Of a stretch of DNA of 64,000 nucleotides, positions 57,856 through 64,000 are shown piece by piece. The position numbers and the translations under genes are program-made. Each line of letters opens with the position of its first letter. Position 1 is the stretch's first letter. The stretch lies in NCBI RefSeq assembly GCF_009914755.1, contig NC_060937.1; one strand, written 5' to 3'. This stretch comes from the human T2T-CHM13v2.0 reference genome, Homo sapiens. The notes beneath the pieces are model-generated. The model ran no database searches and had not been told where the DNA came from. It saw only the letters and a program-made list of their open reading frames with translations.

Positions 57856-60800
57856 TCACCTACTTTGCCTTTCTTCCTCATTTACTAGTTGTTATGCTTT
57901 GTTTATTTAAAATAGTCACAAAATTAATGTCAGGGGCCAGTGCCAGTGGTGCTTGAAAGAAGAGGGCAGTTGCATTGGCCTAATAAGGAATGAGTCACAA
58001 ATCTACTCCCAAAGCACCTGTGGTGGCCTGAAGGTTTTTCCCAGCCCTCAGGTGATAGCAAGCTATCCTAAATGCAAATCCAGAGATGAGAACACTCAGA
58101 TTTGCAACTCCCTTGAAGAAAGGTAAAAGCACTATCATTAGAGAAGAGCTCTGCCCCATAGTCCAGGTGATGCAGTGGAATGATGCTCTACACCTATTTG
58201 TATGGGTTTTTGGAAAGAAAATGCAAACTGATTTGGTCCACTTACCTATGTAACTTCATTCCCACTTTTCTTTATCCTCTCCTAAACCCGTAGCAATTGG
58301 TGGTGGTGGGTAAAATTGGAGGTAGTAGTGACTGTCTACCACTATTTGTGTTTTTCCCTCATTTATCCACCAGGCTACACTGCCAAATATTCCTTATATC
58401 ATTCTAGGCATTTCTTCCATATAATGGAAGCAACAGAGAAAAAGAACACACCAGAGAAGAAATGTAAATACACCATTTTTATCTGTCATTAATAAGTACA
58501 AAATGTTGTGGTATTCACCAAAAATTATTTGCATATCTAGACTGTTAAGGATAAATTGTAATATATGTTGAACCAAATAATAAACAGAAAGAGCTTATTA
58601 GAGGCTTATGCATAATCTTGATGATACTGGTAATTATTCATGTTGATAGACATTCTGGTTATCATTTGTTTATAATGATCCCCTGAATCTAAAGTTACTT
58701 TCTAATTCTGAAGCCGTTATGTGATTGCATTTTATTTGCTATATTAGGTAGTTGGAACTAATAATACAAGGAGCTCATGTGGTTCAATTAGCTTATTTAA
58801 ATTCAAAAGAAGCCCAAAAGCCTAATCTGTCACTTGCCTTAGAGTAGAGCTATTTCAGTCTCATAGTTAATGTCATAAATTAAGCCTTGATGTAAATAAC
58901 CATTTTATTCCCCTACACTTTTACTTGCCCATATCCTTCTGGAAATGTACTGGGAGGAAGAAGAGGAGGTTCAGGCCAAATGTTAGACTCAGCCTTGGCC
59001 TATGTGACTGAGACCTGTATAAATGGACTAATAAGAATCGGCTCACCCACTCTAACCACAGCCTTTATTGCTTCCCCACTTTCAAAGACCTTGAGAGCTT
59101 TTGAAACTATGGGGAAACTGAGGCTGGGAACATCTGATACACCCAGTCAGCTTAGTCACTTAGTAAATAACTGCTGAACAACTTACGTGGCACAAGGACG
59201 AAAACAGAGGTCTGTTTGATCGAAATTTTCACTTCCAAGCTGTGTACACTGTGGGTACTTAATAAATCCTCCTAGACTTAATTGATTTTGACTTAATTCA
59301 CCACTTCTGCTGAATCTCCTCAAACCTCATCACGTAGACGTCTCATAATTCTCAGAACATACCTGGACCATTGCCAACATACATCCCTGGTGTCACTTTT
59401 TACTGTAACTGTTGTTTCATGTGGCTTTCCCCTTTTACTAGATTAGGAGCATTCAAGGAGAAAATAGATCTGGAAAAAATATAGATAACAATTTACGTTT
59501 CTTCCTGAGCAACTCCTGCTCTAACAACTGTCAGAAGGAGTTGAGATATAGGAACAGGATCACCCCTATTTGACAGATGAGAAAATTGAGGCACAGGCAC
59601 AGACTATTATACGTTATTTGTAAAAAAAAAAAAAAAAAAAAAAAGTTCATATAACCATTTTGGAATGAAGCCACAGCCAGAATTTTGGGATTTTCCAACC
59701 ACAATACATAGCTGCTTTACACTCTAGATAAGTCATGCCATGTTGATTAGCCCTGGCAAGTTTCAGCAGGGGAGATATCAAAGAAAAACAGATCTGAGGC
59801 TGTTTGAAGAGATAAATGACCAAAGTTGGCACTGACAGAATGAGAATAGCAAAGGTTTAAAGAGATTGGTAGACAGGCCAGAGAGGAGCACAGTGATAAG
59901 GAAATGGAGCAGGTATTAGAGAAGTTGTTTTCAATACCATATATTTTTACCTACTATGAAAAGAAAGTGTCAATAGTAATAGTGATGATGATGATGATTA
60001 TGATGATGATGAAGCTTAGGGAATGCCTACTATGTGCCAGGAACTGTTAAAACACTTTATATGCATTAACTCTTAATCCTTATTGAAAGTCCGTGAGGCA
60101 GAAACTATTCTTAGCCCCATTTCACAGATATGGCAGCTGGAAGCCACAAGGTCCCACTTGCCCAAGGTGCCCAAGAACAGCAGCGCTGCATTTTAAATCC
60201 AATTAGTCCAGTTCTGAGACGGTTTCCTTAACCCTTTTTTTTTTTTTTTTTTTTTTACACTGCTTCTCCAGGAGAGGTTGCAAGACAAAACAGGCTTCTG
60301 AAATGTAACTCCAGAGCAAGAGCCTTTGTCTTGACCTCGGGATTTCACCAAGCTGGCCTCAGCCATGTGGAATGCGAGGAATTTCAGAGGCTCTTCCATG
60401 ATTTTCCCTGGCCAGCTTTGGGGTCTAAAGCAGGCTCCAGGACTCAAAGTGTCCCTGAAGGCTGCGTCTAAAGCACATGCCATCTGCCCTTAAACCTTAG
60501 GGCCAGCACTTGCCGTTCCGCGGCCTGGCCTGCTTGCTTGAAAATATCATCATGCACCTACAGCAGCAAGTGCTGCCAAGGTGGCACTGAAAGAGGCAAA
60601 ATTCAGAAAATCAGGTTGGGATTCCAGCCCTTCGCTAGAATCGTTTTCCCCAAGAAAAGTGTTGCTGGAGTCTGCCGGTCAATGACTCAGCCCATGTAAA
60701 GACACAGTTCAAATTATTCCAGCGGAATACAAATGGCGGGGGCCTGTTAACTGAATTGTAGATCGTAGAAATCCATTGCTTTTCCCATGAAAAACTAATG

Positions 60801-61664
60801 GGATGCAGTTGTCTGACAGCTATTCCTATGGGCAAAAACTATTGTTAATGGGAGAGTCTTTAATAGTCTTCTATGTTTTCTTTTTTGTGCCCATATTTTA
60901 ATTGATTTTTTTTCAATTAGGAGCATACTAGAAAAAGATTCCAAAAATTACTTGTTTTAAAATAAGCCATTAGGAAATCTCATCCTTCAATTATGCTTTT
61001 TCTTTCTCACAGCAGCCTGATTCTGAAGTCTTTTCTTAGCCAAAGTTGCATTTATTCTATCCCATGCCATGTAATTTAATGGCTATGTAATTCCAATAGC
61101 ACCAATCTGTTGTTCTGTCAAGTACATATTACAGTTATTTAGCATCTTCCTTCCTCCTGTCGAGAATCAACATGAGTATTCTGTATTAGAATCTTTCATG
61201 GTTGCTGATTTTAATAAAATTAATTCAGCTTGAGGTTCGAACTTGATTCTAGCCATCATCCCTAATCTAAATATTCCTGGAGTACAGATTATTCTTGGAA
61301 GTAGAAACTGCACAAATCCAATGTCGACTCCATCAGAATTCTGTTATTGTTTTTAAAGAGGTGGTCTCCAAACAATATAAACTATAATAAAATTAGAAAT
61401 ATGAAATATAATAATCAGGGTGCGATTTAAATGTAGCATAAAGCATAAATCTGATCTTGTTATTCTCCTGCTTAAAAACTTTCAACAGCAGGAACTTCAT
61501 ACCCCTTGGCTCGTCTCCCATTGTGTGGCTTCTTCCTGCTTCACCTCTTCTCACTCCTCATGCTCCTCCCCACACCCCTTCTCTGCACTGGCCTTAGAGA
61601 GCTGCGTGCCTGCCCCTAGATGGGACATTCTCCTGGCACACGCTGCTCCTCTAAAGAACATTCA

Positions 61665-62298
61665 ACACCCACAACACACACACACACTAGACACACAACA
61701 CACACACAATACACATACAACATGCACACACACCCCATACACATACACAACACACATACCATATACATAACACACACATACACATATAGCACACACACAA
61801 CACAAACACACACAACAGAAAATATACAGCACACACACAACACAAACACACAACAGTCAATACACACACACAATATACACACACAATACACATACAACAT
61901 ACACACCTACCCCATGCAGGCTTACAACACACATACCATATACATAACACACACATACACATACAGCACACATAACACAAACACACACAACACACAATAC
62001 ACACACATGCAGCACACATACAACATACACAACACACACAATACACACACATGCAGCACACATACAACATACACAACACACAATATACCTACCCCACACA
62101 CACACACAGAACACACATCCACACACAACACACATGTAGCATGAACACATACCCCATACACACATACAACACATACACCATACATACTACACACACAGCA
62201 CACACACAACAGAAACACACAATACATATAATACATACAACATACATGCATACACATGCAACACACACACACACACACACACTTTGACCACCACACAC
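61665..62298 (+). repeat. ~630-bp degenerate CA-rich simple repeat with higher-order internal duplications, embedded in an L2
   Basis: ACAC/ACAT/ACAA mosaic; recurring blocks such as ACAATACACATACAACAT and ACATACCATATACATAACACACACATACACATA. Confidence 0.9.
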
Positions 62299-62610
62299 TC
62301 CCTTGCCAAGTTCCTACTCATTTTTCAGGTCTCAGTTTAAATGTCACTTCTCCAGAGATCTCCTCTGACCCCTGGTCTCAATTCTGACCCTCTCCCACCA
62401 TTCCTTCTCAGCATTCTTCTCTAGAATATGTATCACAACTTGTAACAAGACATGTTTTGTTAACATCTGTCTTCCCCACAAGACTGCAGGCTTCATGAAG
62501 GGAGACACCATGTCTTGATTTTCCTCACCTTTGTTTAACTAGCACTAAGCACAATGCCTGGCACATAGTAGAATCTCAAGAAATATTTGTTGAATGAAAG
62601 AATGAATGAG
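62299..62610 (+). mobile_element. L2 3' end (continues from ~61420-61660)
   Basis: GGTCTCAGTTTAAATGTCACTTC...GCACAATGCCTGGCACATAGTAG..TCTCAA.AAATATTTGTTGAATGAA. Confidence 0.8.
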
Positions 62611-64000
62611 ATCGTAGCCTGGAAGTATATGACCACCTGCTGGTTCCATACCTGGCATGTCCCACGTGGGATGAGCAAAGGCCCTGAGGGCTTATGTGAC
62701 CCATGAGCTGGTCCCTGGTGTGAGCCCACCTTACTGGCCCTAGCTGAGGCTCCTAGCTCCCAGTTCCTGGGAGGCTCTTCACAAGCACTCTGCAATGGCG
62801 CTCTCCATCCCCATCTCCGTCTCCACCCCACAGAAGCTGCACCAGTCCCTGCCACTAGGCACTGGACCCTCCCTCCCTTATCTCTCCAGAAATAGTGTGT
62901 TACCAAGAACTAAAAGGGAGGAAGAGTTAAAACAAAACAAAGCAAAAAACAAATCCTAGCTGCCACAAGGAAGATTTTTCCCAGACATTTTTGTCTTTAT
63001 TTCTTGGAATAAAATCAGAAGACACTATTTTTGACACCTCTGTTTTGTTTCACAATGATACACAAAGACGCTTTACGCTTCTGCACACTGCCCTGTACCA
63101 TTTGGCTATGACAAGTTGCTTTGATAACCAACAGCTTTTGTACACTGATGCATATCCTGGCAAATCTTATGCCTTAACAAAAACTTCCTTACAAATTGTT
63201 CACTGTGTCAAATAGCTTGTTTTATTTTGACAATAGCTTATCCATTAGGATTTTACAATCCTATAGGATCCATTACTAAAATTCTGTTACGTAGAGTCTC
63301 CGAGGGTTTGAATTAGTGTGCCTCAGACATCCGTGGTGCATAATTCTTCAAAATATTAATACTAGATTGTACTAGGGTTCAGGGTTGTCTCTTAAAATGT
63401 GGACACTTACACAAATACCCTGTAGAGTTGAAAATAATTTTAAACATAAAATATTTGAATAAGTACAATTAAGTAGCTTTTAACATGTTTGGTGTGAAAG
63501 TTTATTCTGTGGAAGAATCAAAGAGCCAGTCAAAATACTACTAAATGTATGATTCTGTACTTACTGAAAATGAAATATCATATAGAAACATTTATCTTTC
63601 TTTTGATAATAACATTTACTCAGTGCTTACTATGTGCTAGGCATTTTTCTAAGCCTTATGCATGTGTTAACTCATTTAATCACACAACAGTCCTGAGAAG
63701 AAGATACAATAATTATTTCATTGAACGGATGAAGAAAAAAGTCAAGTAATTGCTCAAAGTCATGCAGCTAAGAAAAGGTCGAGCCAAGTTATGAGACCAG
63801 AATCTGTGAGCTTGATTACTCCTCCATCCTCCTACCAACGGATAGGTCCATGCAAATAATTGTTTCCCATTCCCAAATCCCTATATATACATATCTTATT
63901 ATATTTAAAATTTTGTTATGCATCCCATTATTATACGAAAGATCATCATAGATTTTTATCCTCCCTGGATTTTAACTATTGCTAATGAATAGCTTGGCAG

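Noticed and set aside
61616-62298. Many overlapping Cys/Val- or His/Thr-rich ORFs
   Set aside because: Artefacts of the CA/TG simple repeat, which lacks stop codons.

Overview
Primate genomic DNA, almost certainly human (an AluYb8 is present). The window lies inside the MBNL2 (muscleblind-like 2) gene on the + strand. The only protein-coding sequence I can support is the start-codon-containing exon at 7669-8446 (604 nt of 5'UTR plus 58 codons, including CCCH zinc finger 1). The rest is intron, densely filled with Alu, L1, L2, MIR, MaLR/ERV LTR and DNA-transposon relics. The next coding exon (GRCSRENC...) was not seen in the window. Nearly all other ORF-track entries are repeat-derived or chance. 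The most notable observations are: (1) an ungapped ~283-bp inverted duplication, ~89% identical, of sequence I do not recognise as a repeat (41845-42127 / 43861-44143), able to form a long intronic RNA duplex; (2) a predicted back-splice ORF of the 778-nt exon giving a 66-aa single-zinc-finger protein ending VYHLKVPV; (3) a uORF-laden leader; (4) two further local duplications (62 bp and 270 bp), with all three duplications in or next to MLT1 LTRs; (5) candidate poison exons, inverted Alu pairs and an E-box/ARE cluster. I found no evidence for a wholly new gene system. Repeat boundaries and subfamily calls are by eye and approximate.
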